Source of the DNA: Candidatus Babeliales bacterium
GTDB lineage: Bacteria; Babelota; Babeliae; Babelales; JANWKD01
Reading direction: 5' to 3'
NCBI GenBank assembly: GCA_963762115.1
Contig: CAVXJH010000003.1
Span: 384,001-448,000 of the forward strand
Length of the DNA: 64,000 bases
In this document: positions 1 through 9,951 of the stretch, one piece after another
Layout of the letters: each line of letters starts with the position of its first letter
How positions within the stretch are numbered: position 1 is the first letter of the stretch
Made by a program: the position numbers and the translations under genes
Notes under the pieces: model-generated
What the model was told of the DNA's origin: nothing
What the model saw: only the letters and a program-made list of their open reading frames with translations
The model's database searches: none

Positions 1-870
1 AAATCACTTAAAGCCGGTTCTCTTATTTCTACCTTCATCTTTGGTGCTGCAAGCGGCACAATAGCTTCACCTTGTGTCTCACCAGGCTTAGCACTGCTAC
101 TCAGCATTGTCGCAACGTTAGGCAGTAAATTTTTAGGATTCCTCTTATTATTTGCCTTTGGCGTTGGCTTAAGTATGCCGTTGTTGATTATTGGTACTTT
201 TTCAAGTTCCATAAATTTACTCCCTCGTGCGGGCTCTTGGATGATCGAAATAAAAAAAATATTTGGCTTTATGATGTTAGGCATGTGCCTTTACTACCTA
301 AGCTACATCGTTTCTCCTTCAATCATGATGTGGGTTACCGCACTCTTTATTGCATTCACTGGCTTTTATTATCTTTATCATGCACAAAAAAAACAATCTT
401 CATTCTGGAAAAACAGTAGTCGCTTACTCGGATCAGCACTTATCATCGGTGCATTTGTTGTATGCTTTTATGCTGTACGTGAAGAATATGCACCTCACGA
501 AATAGTAAATCAAAATTGGCACACTGATTATCATGTTGCTCGTGAAGAAGCTTTAACACGGAATAAAAAATTATTTATTGATTTTTGGGCAACCTTCTGC
601 CCTGTATGTTTAGCAATTAATAAAAATGTTTTAACAAAACCTGCAATTCTTGATGCACTAAAACATTTTGTGATGCTCAAAGTTGACGGCTCACATGCTT
701 CGCATGAGCCCTATGCATCATTAAAAGAAAAATATTCCATTACCGGTTTCCCAACATTTTTAATTGTTGATCCTGCAACTGAAACAGTAATTATGCAATT
801 GGGTGGCGAACTCTATGAGATGCCTGAACAAGCATTTATTACCGTGTTAAAACAACATTATTCTCTCTAG
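1..870 (+). CDS. dsbD: DsbD-like thiol:disulfide interchange protein, 5'-truncated by the window edge
   Basis: Frame 1 is open from base 1 (KSLKAGSL...ASPCVSPGLALLL). Multiple TM segments are followed by a C-terminal thioredoxin domain with DFWATFCPVC and GFPT. Confidence 0.85.
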   Translation, partial: KSLKAGSLISTFIFGAASGTIASPCVSPGLALLLSIVATLGSKFLGFLLLFAFGVGLSMPLLIIGTFSSSINLLPRAGSWMIEIKKIFGFMMLGMCLYYLSYIVSPSIMMWVTALFIAFTGFYYLYHAQKKQSSFWKNSSRLLGSALIIGAFVVCFYAVREEYAPHEIVNQNWHTDYHVAREEALTRNKKLFIDFWATFCPVCLAINKNVLTKPAILDALKHFVMLKVDGSHASHEPYASLKEKYSITGFPTFLIVDPATETVIMQLGGELYEMPEQAFITVLKQHYSL

Positions 871-902
871 AAAACTATTCTTCACCTAAAAATTAAATTT
901 TC

Positions 903-960
903 CAATAGAAATCAATGCTTTGTAAACTCAAAAAAGTGTTGATTTCTATTGATGTTTTTT
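903..960 (+). terminator. Hairpin after dsbD, possible terminator overlapping the next promoter
   Basis: 13-bp inverted repeat caatagaaatcaa (903-915) / ttgatttctattg (939-951), followed by a T-run. Confidence 0.45.
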
Positions 961-1031
961 GCTATATTCAAGATATATAAGCCTATACAAATAGAAAATC
1001 TGTATAGGTGAAATTAAAAAAAGGGTATCTC

Positions 1032-1475
1032 ATGAAAATAGTAAAATTAGTAGCATTATCAGTAATAATTGTCCCCCTCACCCTCACAGCCTCAGATTAT
1101 TCTAATCTCGATATTTCTAGCATTGCACGTAAATATCTTTCATCACCAAATACAGGTTTTAATAATGCAGAGACAAAGCAAGAAGTCTTGGGTCAAGAAA
1201 TAGTAGGAAAAGATCTTCAAGAGAAAAATGAATATTCAAGCACGGCAACATTAAATTCATTACTCAATGCAACACCAGATTCAATTAAAAGTGCTCTTGT
1301 TGAAAAAATACCACAAGAATACAAGGGATATCTTGTACAATTTATTGAATTTATAAAATCATTTTTTAGTAATGATAAAGATAAAGTAACAACTTTGGAT
1401 TCTATAAAAAATTTATTACAAAAAAACAGAGAAGCATATGATGCACATAATACAGAACAATTGCCAGCGCAATAA
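1032..1475 (+). CDS. Hypothetical secreted protein
   Basis: ORF 1008-1475; ATG at 1032 gives the signal-peptide-like MKIVKLVALSVIIVPLTLTA. Confidence 0.7.
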   Translation: MKIVKLVALSVIIVPLTLTASDYSNLDISSIARKYLSSPNTGFNNAETKQEVLGQEIVGKDLQEKNEYSSTATLNSLLNATPDSIKSALVEKIPQEYKGYLVQFIEFIKSFFSNDKDKVTTLDSIKNLLQKNREAYDAHNTEQLPAQ

Positions 1476-1521
1476 ACTCAACAAAAAGAATAATAATAGT
1501 CATTAAACAAAGGAGAAAGAA

Positions 1522-2022
1522 ATGAAAACAATCATAAAAAATATCATTGCGTTGTCGTTAATAATAATGACCACAAATGTTAATGCCATGGAAGAACGAA
1601 CTCCTGGAAGAAGAAGTCGTGTTGAATATAGTTGGAATCCACCTCGTGAACCGCGAGAATTTTCATGCGGCGTCGGCGATCTAACAGAGCAAATAATGGC
1701 TCAAGCATTAGAAGATATGAGATTAAAAAAACTCAAAGAAGAAAAACAGGAACTTGAAAAAAGACGCGCTGCATACAAAAACAAAAAGAAAACTCTCAAT
1801 GAAATTGCCGGCGTTGCATCCTTAGAAAAATTATTAGCAGAACCTTCAGACGAAGAAAGACTTGAAGTACTCTCAACATTACCTAAGGACGTAATAAATT
1901 ACTTTTCTATACTTATTGAAGAAAGAAAAGCACTTTTAGATAAAAATGATGCAAATGACTTAATAAAAGAGGATGCATTAGAAGATTTAAATAAGTTACT
2001 AAAAGCTTATTTAGGGCAATAA
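1522..2022 (+). CDS. Hypothetical secreted coiled-coil protein
   Basis: aaggag SD; signal peptide ending VNA-MEE; charged helical body. Confidence 0.75.
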   Translation: MKTIIKNIIALSLIIMTTNVNAMEERTPGRRSRVEYSWNPPREPREFSCGVGDLTEQIMAQALEDMRLKKLKEEKQELEKRRAAYKNKKKTLNEIAGVASLEKLLAEPSDEERLEVLSTLPKDVINYFSILIEERKALLDKNDANDLIKEDALEDLNKLLKAYLGQ

Positions 2023-2072
2023 TCAAAAATGAATAGCCTTTATTATCTATAAACATTTAAGCGAGAGTAAAA

Positions 2073-2408
2073 TTACTCTCGCTTATTTAAACCTTTTTTA
2101 TTATTATCAACACGCCATTGTTTTTCTTTATGCAGTTGCTCGATCATAACATCAACAACCTCATTAATGAGCTTATACATGTCAGGACCTTCTTTGTGCA
2201 CATGAAGATCATAACGCGGCGATTTCAAATCAAATTCAATTGCATGATGATGATGAGTTTCCTCAGCATCAAATGCCATACGAATATAAATTGGACTCTT
2301 TTCTTGTTCATTCTTTAAGAAATCTTCAACTTTTGTTAATAATTCATTGGCAAATGTTTCCATTGCTACTGAAGATTCCATACCTTTGAACGTAAATTGT
2401 TTGTTCAT
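2073..2408 (-). CDS. hpf: Ribosome hibernation factor HPF/RaiA family protein
   Basis: 111 aa; FTFKGMESS start and DMYKLINEVVDVMIEQLHKEK match the HPF DMY..ID...KL..QL.K.K pattern. Confidence 0.75.
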   Translation of the reverse strand: MNKQFTFKGMESSVAMETFANELLTKVEDFLKNEQEKSPIYIRMAFDAEETHHHHAIEFDLKSPRYDLHVHKEGPDMYKLINEVVDVMIEQLHKEKQWRVDNNKKGLNKRE

Positions 2409-2508
2409 AAATCACACTCCACACTAAATGTATTGATATACTTAGTTTATACCAATATAGCCTAGCAGGTGACAATGAAATTCTCTACAAAATTAAGAAA
2501 AAACAATT

Positions 2509-3825
2509 TTAATCTGTTCTACGAGGAATAAGTTTAACGGGAGCACCAACTAAATCAAAATGAGCGCGCATCACATTTTCAAAAAATGATAACTGACTTT
2601 GACCAAACCATTTTGGATCATTAACCAACACCAAAAAGGTAAGCGGCGCTTTTCGAATTTGTTTCACTTTTCGCACTGCCAATCGATGTGAGCTATAATA
2701 CAATGGTGTTTTTATTAAGGCATTTTTGAATAGTTCAGTCAGTTGTTCAGAAGTAAATGATTGAGTTGAGCGTTGCCAAACTTTTTGCACAAGAGGTAAA
2801 ATCTTACCAACGTTTTTTCCCGTTTTGCATGAAATAATGAGTGTTGGAATTTTTTTCAAGAAATGCTTATATTTTTCAGAATCAAATTCTAAATCTGCTC
2901 GTTGTTGATCAGTAACTAAATCATCTTTATTAATCAGCAAAATCAATGCTTTATCATGTTCAAAAGCATAAAATGCTAATTTAAGCTCTTGATCACTCAA
3001 TTGACCTTCTGTGCCTTCAATCATTAATAAGATGATATTGGCATTATCAACTGCCCTAAAAGATGATTTAACCATTAACGTTTCCAAGAGATCGGTCACG
3101 CCACGTTTTCTGCGAATTCCTGGCGTATCAGTCAATTGAATTGTCTCTTTATAAAATCGTAGTCGTTCTGAAATTGCTTCTCGTGTTGTTCCTGCTTCTT
3201 TTGCAACAATCGATCGTTCTTCTTCAAGAAGATAGTTCATAAGTGATGATTTACCAACATTTGGTTTACCCAATAAAGCAACTGAAAAAGCCGGTTCATC
3301 TTCTTGATAACTTACTTCTTTTTTTGCAATTTTTTGAACAACAGCATCAAGTAAATCACCCGAGCCAGTTCCATGTTGAGCAGAAACTTCAACTAATACT
3401 TCGTGACCTAATTTTTCAAATTCATAACGACGCTCTTGAGCTTCATGTGAATCAATTTTGTTAATAACAACAATAACATCTTTGTTTTGTTTCTGAAGAA
3501 ACTTATTAATTTCACGATCTTCAGGGAGCAACCCAACTTTACCGTCGCACACGAAAAGGACTAAATCTGCCTTTTCTACCAACGATAAAGCAACTTGCCT
3601 AACCTTTTCCGATAAAGAATCTTCAACTCTTTTAAGACTTATGCCGCCACTATCAATAAGCTCAAAAGAAAATCCTTGCCAAAAAATTACGTCAGATAAA
3701 AAATCTCGTGTAACACCGGCAAAATCTAATGTTAAACTTTTAACATTTACTGATAAACGATTAAATAAGGTAGATTTACCAACATTGGCTCTACCAACAA
3801 TAACTACTTTAGCTAATTTACTCAT
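2509..3825 (-). CDS. der: Ribosome biogenesis GTPase Der (EngA)
   Basis: Two G domains (GRANVGKS...DSGG...NKID; GKPNVGKS...DTPG...NKDD) plus a KH-like C-terminus. Confidence 0.97.
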   Translation of the reverse strand: MSKLAKVVIVGRANVGKSTLFNRLSVNVKSLTLDFAGVTRDFLSDVIFWQGFSFELIDSGGISLKRVEDSLSEKVRQVALSLVEKADLVLFVCDGKVGLLPEDREINKFLQKQNKDVIVVINKIDSHEAQERRYEFEKLGHEVLVEVSAQHGTGSGDLLDAVVQKIAKKEVSYQEDEPAFSVALLGKPNVGKSSLMNYLLEEERSIVAKEAGTTREAISERLRFYKETIQLTDTPGIRRKRGVTDLLETLMVKSSFRAVDNANIILLMIEGTEGQLSDQELKLAFYAFEHDKALILLINKDDLVTDQQRADLEFDSEKYKHFLKKIPTLIISCKTGKNVGKILPLVQKVWQRSTQSFTSEQLTELFKNALIKTPLYYSSHRLAVRKVKQIRKAPLTFLVLVNDPKWFGQSQLSFFENVMRAHFDLVGAPVKLIPRRTD

Positions 3826-5533
3826 GATGACTTTCTTTAACTTCTTGTAATGTTCCAGGGAAATACTCCATAACTAAAGGAGCATTTTTCCAAACTGACA
3901 CATCTGAAATATCGATTGAGGATGAATTTTTATTTAGTTGACGACGTGGTGCTTGCGGCACAAACGATTCTTGTTGCTTGGCTATTACCGTTGGCTTTGC
4001 AGTTGGTGCTTGCGACAAAGCATTGAAATTTTGTTGACCTTGTACTTTCGGCTCATCCACAAACAACGTTTTACATTGAGCATTTTCACCAAATATCTTT
4101 TGAAAAAGTGGTTTCCAAAATGCAACAGTATTTTCTAACCATTCATTAAAAAAAATAAGGTCTTTTGAAAATGATACTGTTAACTCAAAAGTATCGGCAT
4201 CAAATGATAACGACTGTATCTGCTTAAAAATAGAACTTAAGAGTGGATCCTGCAGCATTTCAACTGAATTTAAAAAGCTCTGCCACTTCTGTTCAATGAG
4301 CGTATCTTGGCTAACGGTAACAACGACACTTTCTCTCGATTGATCATTTTTCACCATTTGACCTTGCGGCACTATTTTTTTTTGTGGCGGTAATGGTGCA
4401 GGTTCATTTGAAGGCCCAAATTTTTCTTGCTCAAAAGTATTCGAACAAAAATCAAGCACCATCATTTCCAAAAAATTATATTGTGCTCGCGTTTTTGCAA
4501 ATAAAGGTTCATAGGTAAACATCAACTTTAAAAAACGATTAATGCTTTCCAATGAATACTTGGTAATAATTTTTTTTAATCTCGTGGCATGATCCATAAA
4601 ATGAAATGATGGCAAGCTAAAATGTACTAAGACGGCTGCATGAGCAGCATGATTAAGCCCATTCCACAAGGATTCAACAGCAACATCTCTTAAAGCATTT
4701 TCATGCATACACGTTAAAATCTTTTTTTCATCACGCTCAAGAATGCTCTCAAAAAAATTAAGGAGTATTTCATCCTCAACATGCCCAAGCACACTGCTAA
4801 CACTTGCTTTCGTAATACTTGGCACCGCAAAACGTACTTGCTCCAATACATTAAGAGCATCGCGAACTGAGCCTTGAGTTTCTTGAACAATTAACGCAAG
4901 TCCTTCTTGCTCATAAGCAATATTTTCTGTGACACAAATATGCTCTAAATACGTAATAAGCACAGGAGGTTTAACCGCCTTAAAAAACAATTGAAAGCTT
5001 CGCGATTTCACCGTATCAATAATTTTTTGCAACTCGGTCGTTGCTAATATAAAAAGAACAGATGCAGGAGGCTCTTCCAACACTTTTAAAAAAGCATTAA
5101 ATGCGGCTTTACTCAACATGTGCGCTTCATCAATTAAATAGACTTTTTTTCTGCCAATTAAGGGCAATAATGCTGCCGTATCAATAATTTGGCGAACATT
5201 ATCAACACCCGTATAGGAAGCTGCGTCAATTTCTATGAAATCTGGGTGCTTTCCCTCTGCCATTGCACAACATGAAGCACAAAGCAAACAAGGCACTGAA
5301 AACTGTTTTGGATCTTGTTGAAACTGGGGCAATTGCTCACAATTTATTGCAGCAGCAAAAATTCTTGCCATAGTTGTTTTGCCACAGCCTCGTTGACCGG
5401 CAAATAAATACACGGGAAAATAATGATTAAGATAAAGACTATTTTTTAAAATACGTACAGAAATATCTTGCCCAACAAGTTGGTCAAAGCTACGTGAGCG
5501 CCATTTTCTGGCAAAATTAAGCTGTACATTCAT
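3818..5533 (-). CDS. dnaX: DNA polymerase III subunit gamma/tau
   Basis: ARKWR...GQRGCGKTT Walker A, zinc Cys cluster, IEIDAAS, IDEAHMLS, LKVLEEPP, FILATTE. Confidence 0.97.
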   Translation of the reverse strand: MNVQLNFARKWRSRSFDQLVGQDISVRILKNSLYLNHYFPVYLFAGQRGCGKTTMARIFAAAINCEQLPQFQQDPKQFSVPCLLCASCCAMAEGKHPDFIEIDAASYTGVDNVRQIIDTAALLPLIGRKKVYLIDEAHMLSKAAFNAFLKVLEEPPASVLFILATTELQKIIDTVKSRSFQLFFKAVKPPVLITYLEHICVTENIAYEQEGLALIVQETQGSVRDALNVLEQVRFAVPSITKASVSSVLGHVEDEILLNFFESILERDEKKILTCMHENALRDVAVESLWNGLNHAAHAAVLVHFSLPSFHFMDHATRLKKIITKYSLESINRFLKLMFTYEPLFAKTRAQYNFLEMMVLDFCSNTFEQEKFGPSNEPAPLPPQKKIVPQGQMVKNDQSRESVVVTVSQDTLIEQKWQSFLNSVEMLQDPLLSSIFKQIQSLSFDADTFELTVSFSKDLIFFNEWLENTVAFWKPLFQKIFGENAQCKTLFVDEPKVQGQQNFNALSQAPTAKPTVIAKQQESFVPQAPRRQLNKNSSSIDISDVSVWKNAPLVMEYFPGTLQEVKESHHE

Positions 5534-5664
5534 GGTCTAACCTAAAAATACTATTAAAAAAAAGAAATTCCAGAAAAGCGTATCAACCAAAGATGTATTA
5601 TTACTACGTTTATAACAAGAAAACTATCACTATTAATTGTACCAAAACAATCAATAAATAAGAA

Positions 5665-5750
5665 GGGGAAGTATATACAAAAACTAAAGTACTCTTGCTG
5701 CTTCCTTTCGGACCTGACAAATTAAATACTCGTTCCTTATATACTTCCCC
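5665..5750 (-). ncRNA. ffs: Signal recognition particle 4.5S RNA
   Basis: Minus strand has the helix-8 motif TCAGGTCCGAAAGGAAGCAGC inside a hairpin closed by ggggaagtatata/tatatacttcccc; it lies in the usual position upstream of dnaX. Confidence 0.92.
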
Positions 5751-5824
5751 AATTTTTATAACTAGCTTTTTAGCTTTAACCCGACAGGTTAAAAAGCTTA
5801 TAAAATCTAAATAAAATTAAGAAT

Positions 5825-5937
5825 TGCCCTACTACGCCAAGGCTACGAAGGGCATACTTCGCATTTTAACTTATTCTATTAATATCAATTCCATTTAAAA
5901 AAATGGCTTGCCATACGAAGCTTTATGCGAAGTATGG
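5825..5937. repeat. Palindromic element abutting the tRNA-Ser 3' end
   Basis: 12-bp inverted repeat catacttcgcat (5853-5864) / atgcgaagtatg (5925-5936), with a bulged hairpin at each end. Confidence 0.6.
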
Positions 5938-6026
5938 TGGAGAGAGAGGGATTCGAACCCTCGATGCCCCTTTCGGAACATACACGATTTCCAATCGTGC
6001 TCCTTCAACCACTCAGACACCTCTCC
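5935..6026 (-). tRNA. tRNA-Ser(GGA)
   Basis: Cloverleaf GGAGAGG...CACGA-TTGGAAA-TCGTG, long variable arm, GGTTCGAATCC T-arm, encoded CCA. Confidence 0.96.
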
Positions 6027-6069
6027 GCTGAACTAATGCATTAGATGCTTTAGTCTTGAGTGATTTATA

Positions 6070-6930
6070 TTAAATCTTTTTTCCGCTATTATCGGTTTTT
6101 TGCTTAATTGGCTCTTTAAATTTTTTAACTTTAGCCGCCTTAAGACTCTCTTCAGATTGCTCATCTTCAACAGCGTCAAGAAGAACCGCAACATCGTCGC
6201 TTTTTTCAATAATTTCCGCAACTTCTTGAGCTTTCTTACCTTGAGTAACTGCTTTGTCTTTTGCTTCTTTAACAGCATCAGCTAAATAATCAATAATAAT
6301 TTTAATTGATTTAGGCGCATCATCATTTGCAGGTATAACATAGCTAACCAAAGAAGGATCGCTATTGGTATCAACCAAAGCAACGACAGGAATTCCTAAC
6401 CCAGCTGCTTCTTTTAAGGCTGCTTGCTCTTTACGAGCATCAACAACAACCAAAGCGCCTAAAGGCCATTTTAAATTAAGAATACCACCAATATTCGCTT
6501 TCAAACGATATTGTTTTTTTTGCAAAGTACTAATTTCTTTTTTTGTATAATGCTCATGATCAGTTTTGGATAAAATATCTTCAAAATGTAACAATTTTGT
6601 TACTGATTTTTTTACTTGAATAAAATTAGATAAAGTACCACCAATCCAACGATGTGCAACATACGGACAGCCAAGTGATTCCGCTGCTTGCTGGATAATT
6701 TCTCGCGCAGGCTTTTTAGTTCCTATCCATAAAATTGATTTGCCATCCAAGATAATTGATTTCAAAAAATCAGCTGATTTTTGCATTTGATACGCTGTTT
6801 TTGAAACATCAATTAAATAAATTTTATTTTTATGTCCCCAAATATAAGGAGCCATTTTCGGCGCCCAACTTGAAGTTGGATGTCCAAACGGAACACCCGC
6901 TTGAATAAGTTTTTTTAGATCAATCGACAT
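6070..6930 (-). CDS. rpsB: 30S ribosomal protein S2
   Basis: AGVPFGH..W.PKM.PYI, RWIGGTLSNF, ALVDTNSDP, IPANDDA motifs. Confidence 0.98.
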   Translation of the reverse strand: MSIDLKKLIQAGVPFGHPTSSWAPKMAPYIWGHKNKIYLIDVSKTAYQMQKSADFLKSIILDGKSILWIGTKKPAREIIQQAAESLGCPYVAHRWIGGTLSNFIQVKKSVTKLLHFEDILSKTDHEHYTKKEISTLQKKQYRLKANIGGILNLKWPLGALVVVDARKEQAALKEAAGLGIPVVALVDTNSDPSLVSYVIPANDDAPKSIKIIIDYLADAVKEAKDKAVTQGKKAQEVAEIIEKSDDVAVLLDAVEDEQSEESLKAAKVKKFKEPIKQKTDNSGKKI

Positions 6931-6943
6931 TATTAAATACCTT

Positions 6944-7016
6944 CCTGGGTTTTAACCGTACTTTTTGGCTTGCTTCATAGAATATGAATCAATTGCCACC
7001 CATAATAAAAAGTAAG
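6944..7016 (-). promoter_or_regulatory. Putative rpsB (S2) autoregulatory leader RNA
   Basis: Minus strand stem tacttttt/aaaaagta encloses a bulged TGGGT and inner stems ggc/gcc and ttcata/tatgaa. A downstream ACCCA just before the SD can pair with TGGGT, as in the known GGGU/ACCC S2-leader pseudoknot. Confidence 0.55.
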
Positions 7017-7071
7017 GATTTTATTATAAAATAACTGTATTAACTGTAGCAAAAATCAAAATAAATGCAAT

Positions 7072-8475
7072 CTACTTACCTTCTAACTCTAATCCTATAA
7101 CTTCATTTTTTGCGATAGCCTTATTATAACGATTACCAAGCAATAATGCCGTTAAAGACCAACAACCAATTATTATTGCAAAAAATACGGAATGTAACGT
7201 CATAAAGAAAGCTGGCCCTGCCGCCTCAGCAAATACAACAAATGTTGAACCAACACCTTTTCCAAAACGTGAACCAAAAGAATCAATCCAAGACTTAGAT
7301 TTAAACTTAATATCCTTAACCGTCGGAATGTATAAACTCTCACGAACAGGTTGAGCAAAAGCATAATTTATTGCTTGCAATAAAATTATACTAATAATTA
7401 CGGCAAACGGTGTATAACTAAAAATAAAATAGGTTAAAAGCAAACCGCTAATAAGAGGAATCAATATAAGACAAATTTTTTCACCAAAGAAATTCAATAA
7501 CGTACGAGTTCCCAAAAATGAAATAAGTATGCCAAAGAAATGCTGTATAAAGGCGACTTGAAATAAAAATGCACTTACTCCAGAAATATCCGTAGAATTC
7601 TCCTGAGCAACACCAAGACGTTGATAACTTAATACGGTGCTCAAAATCTCATAAAAGAATAGCATGCCAAATATTCCCAAAATATAAGGAAATCTCATAA
7701 GCAAAGTAAGCCCAGCGAAAATACTTATTTTTTCTTCTCCTTCCTTTTCTTTTGCTTTTTCAAATTTATAGACAGCTTCGTACCCATGCAAATATTTATG
7801 CGGCACTTTTTTAATTAAAAGATACACAAGCACGGGAACAAATAAACTAAGCAAGGAAAAGAACCCCAAAATTAATTGATGACTTTGAACATCATTTAAC
7901 TCGTAATTACCAATAACGCCATGATAACTAAAAAGAATCCAGGCAACCCCCGCGGTAAACATGCCACCAAACTTTGAACCAGAAACCAATAATGCATAAT
8001 TGTGCTTTGCCGCTTCAGGGCTATACACAGAGTTAGCAAATGCCCAAAAAACACTAATTACAAAAGGCGAAAAGACTTCAATAAAAAAGTAGAAAAACCA
8101 CCCAAACAAACGGAGAGGACTCGTCTCAGTGTTAGCAAGACCTATCGTTGGATGACCAACCAAAAACATGCACAATAGCCCCATCAAACCATAGGTAATA
8201 CTATAAAAATAGAGTAATTGATAGCGACGTATTTTGTCCACCAAAAATGAATAAAACAACACGCCAGGAATTAACAGTATCAGTGCTAACATCCGAGCCC
8301 AAGGAATATACTCTTTGCCCACAATGCTCATAAACATAGAACTTTTTAGTTCTCGTACCAACGTATATGAACCGATTACCAGAAAAAATGATAATCCTAA
8401 CAATAAAAGCTTTAACCGTTCTTCACGCTCTATATTAATAAATGATTTAAAAAATAAGGTGAGCTTAGAACTCAT
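7072..8475 (-). CDS. TLC/NTT-family nucleotide (ATP/ADP) translocase-like transporter
   Basis: About 12 TM helices; Y.LVR.LK, FWAFAN, YA..QP.RE.LYIPT...KFK.K..ID.FGSRFGKG motifs. Confidence 0.85.
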   Translation of the reverse strand: MSSKLTLFFKSFINIEREERLKLLLLGLSFFLVIGSYTLVRELKSSMFMSIVGKEYIPWARMLALILLIPGVLFYSFLVDKIRRYQLLYFYSITYGLMGLLCMFLVGHPTIGLANTETSPLRLFGWFFYFFIEVFSPFVISVFWAFANSVYSPEAAKHNYALLVSGSKFGGMFTAGVAWILFSYHGVIGNYELNDVQSHQLILGFFSLLSLFVPVLVYLLIKKVPHKYLHGYEAVYKFEKAKEKEGEEKISIFAGLTLLMRFPYILGIFGMLFFYEILSTVLSYQRLGVAQENSTDISGVSAFLFQVAFIQHFFGILISFLGTRTLLNFFGEKICLILIPLISGLLLTYFIFSYTPFAVIISIILLQAINYAFAQPVRESLYIPTVKDIKFKSKSWIDSFGSRFGKGVGSTFVVFAEAAGPAFFMTLHSVFFAIIIGCWSLTALLLGNRYNKAIAKNEVIGLELEGK

Positions 8476-8534
8476 TGAGGCCCCCGAATTAGCTTAATGG
8501 GTTAAATATTAAAAATTCTTAATGCATTTATTAG

Positions 8535-8574
8535 CAAAAAGCCTTCTTAACCGTTTAATTAAGAAGGCTTTTTG
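8535..8574. terminator. Bidirectional intrinsic terminator between the two NTT genes
   Basis: caaaaagccttcttaa / ttaagaaggctttttg perfect inverted repeat with A/T tails. Confidence 0.8.
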
Positions 8575-8604
8575 TATTTTTCATGTGTCAATATCGCTTA
8601 GGTA

Positions 8605-9951
8605 TTAACAAACAACTTGTTTTTCAGCAATTGCTTTCTTATGTGTTTTAGCAAGATACAATGCCGCATAAAGCCAAACACCTACCATGCCAAGTGAAGC
8701 AAGCGTTGAAAAAAGTATGAATGACTCTACCGTCATAAAACGTTTAAGCGCATTGATACCTGATCCAACAGCTTTTGATCCACGCGAACCAAACATTTCC
8801 ATAAACGCTTTAACTTTATATTTAGTTTCTGGCGTGGTTGGAATATATAACTGTTCTTTTGATGGTTGGTTAAGTGCATAGTTAAGGCCTTTGCAACATA
8901 CCATAATCCAGAATGCAATAGTCAATGTTGATGCTGATGCAAGTACTAAAGCAGCTACACCAACAATCACTGGCATCACGACCAAAGCAACTGAAAGCCC
9001 TAATTTGCGGCCAATATTATTTACACCAAGTAAAACGCATATCCAAGCAACAACATTAGTATACACACCAAATTTACCCATATAGGCAGTATACGCATTA
9101 GCACCCGTAATTTCTAATGAAGCATAATATTTAAGATAAAAATCAAAAATAGTTACAATAATTTCAAATAAGGTAATTACCGCAAATATGCCTAAAAGAT
9201 ATGGTTGAGAAAAAAACAACTTCATATCACTATAAAAGCTTGTCTTTTCTTTTGGCTTTGAATGTGCGCCTGTTGCTTGATAACCCGCTAACTGATCTTT
9301 TGGTGTTACGCGAACGAAATACCAAACCATTGCAGCAATACCAAGTGTAGCCATACTTGCTGTTATCAAAAGCGTTGGAACGCCTAATCTTTCTGCTTGC
9401 GTTGCAACCAAAAGAGGCCCTAAAATGCCACCCGTTTGTGCACCAAAGGCAATAATCGCATAACCCTTTTTTGCAGCATCAGGTGTTGTTGTATCTGCAG
9501 CAAAAGCCCAGAAAAGAGCAACCATGATAGAACCAAAGCTTTCAACAAAAACATATGATGTCCAACCAATTAACCGACCCAAAAGATCTGGGTGGCCCAA
9601 TTGAGGCATAGTTTTATGAATACCAAGATCAGGATGCAACATACACAGTGCAAGTCCTAATGCAATAAGTGCATACACAACACTCAACGCATAAAAAACA
9701 CGTTGGCGAGGAAATGCATCAACTAATTTTGAATAAAGAATAATCAGAGGAATCACCACCGCCAAAGAAACCCATTTAGCATAGGGAATGAACTCAGCAC
9801 CAACATAGGCATTGAATACACCATCCTTAATAGGCCTTAAAAGCCAATAAACTCCAATAGTAAAACAAAAAATCCCTGCGAGTAGAGAAAACTTTTTAAG
9901 TTCCTCTTTAGTAAATTCGCCCCACCAAGTTTTGATAGTTGAACTCTGCAT
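8605..9951 (-). CDS. TLC/NTT-family nucleotide translocase-like transporter (second paralog)
   Basis: YWLLRPIKD, FWAFAAD, KGLNYALNQPSKEQLYIPT..TKYKVK...GSRGSKA motifs; multi-TM. Confidence 0.87.
   Translation of the reverse strand: MQSSTIKTWWGEFTKEELKKFSLLAGIFCFTIGVYWLLRPIKDGVFNAYVGAEFIPYAKWVSLAVVIPLIILYSKLVDAFPRQRVFYALSVVYALIALGLALCMLHPDLGIHKTMPQLGHPDLLGRLIGWTSYVFVESFGSIMVALFWAFAADTTTPDAAKKGYAIIAFGAQTGGILGPLLVATQAERLGVPTLLITASMATLGIAAMVWYFVRVTPKDQLAGYQATGAHSKPKEKTSFYSDMKLFFSQPYLLGIFAVITLFEIIVTIFDFYLKYYASLEITGANAYTAYMGKFGVYTNVVAWICVLLGVNNIGRKLGLSVALVVMPVIVGVAALVLASASTLTIAFWIMVCCKGLNYALNQPSKEQLYIPTTPETKYKVKAFMEMFGSRGSKAVGSGINALKRFMTVESFILFSTLASLGMVGVWLYAALYLAKTHKKAIAEKQVVC

Noticed and set aside
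1861..1915. LSTLPKDVINYF as an F-box
   Set aside because: Only the LP start matches; the rest of the F-box pattern is not evident.
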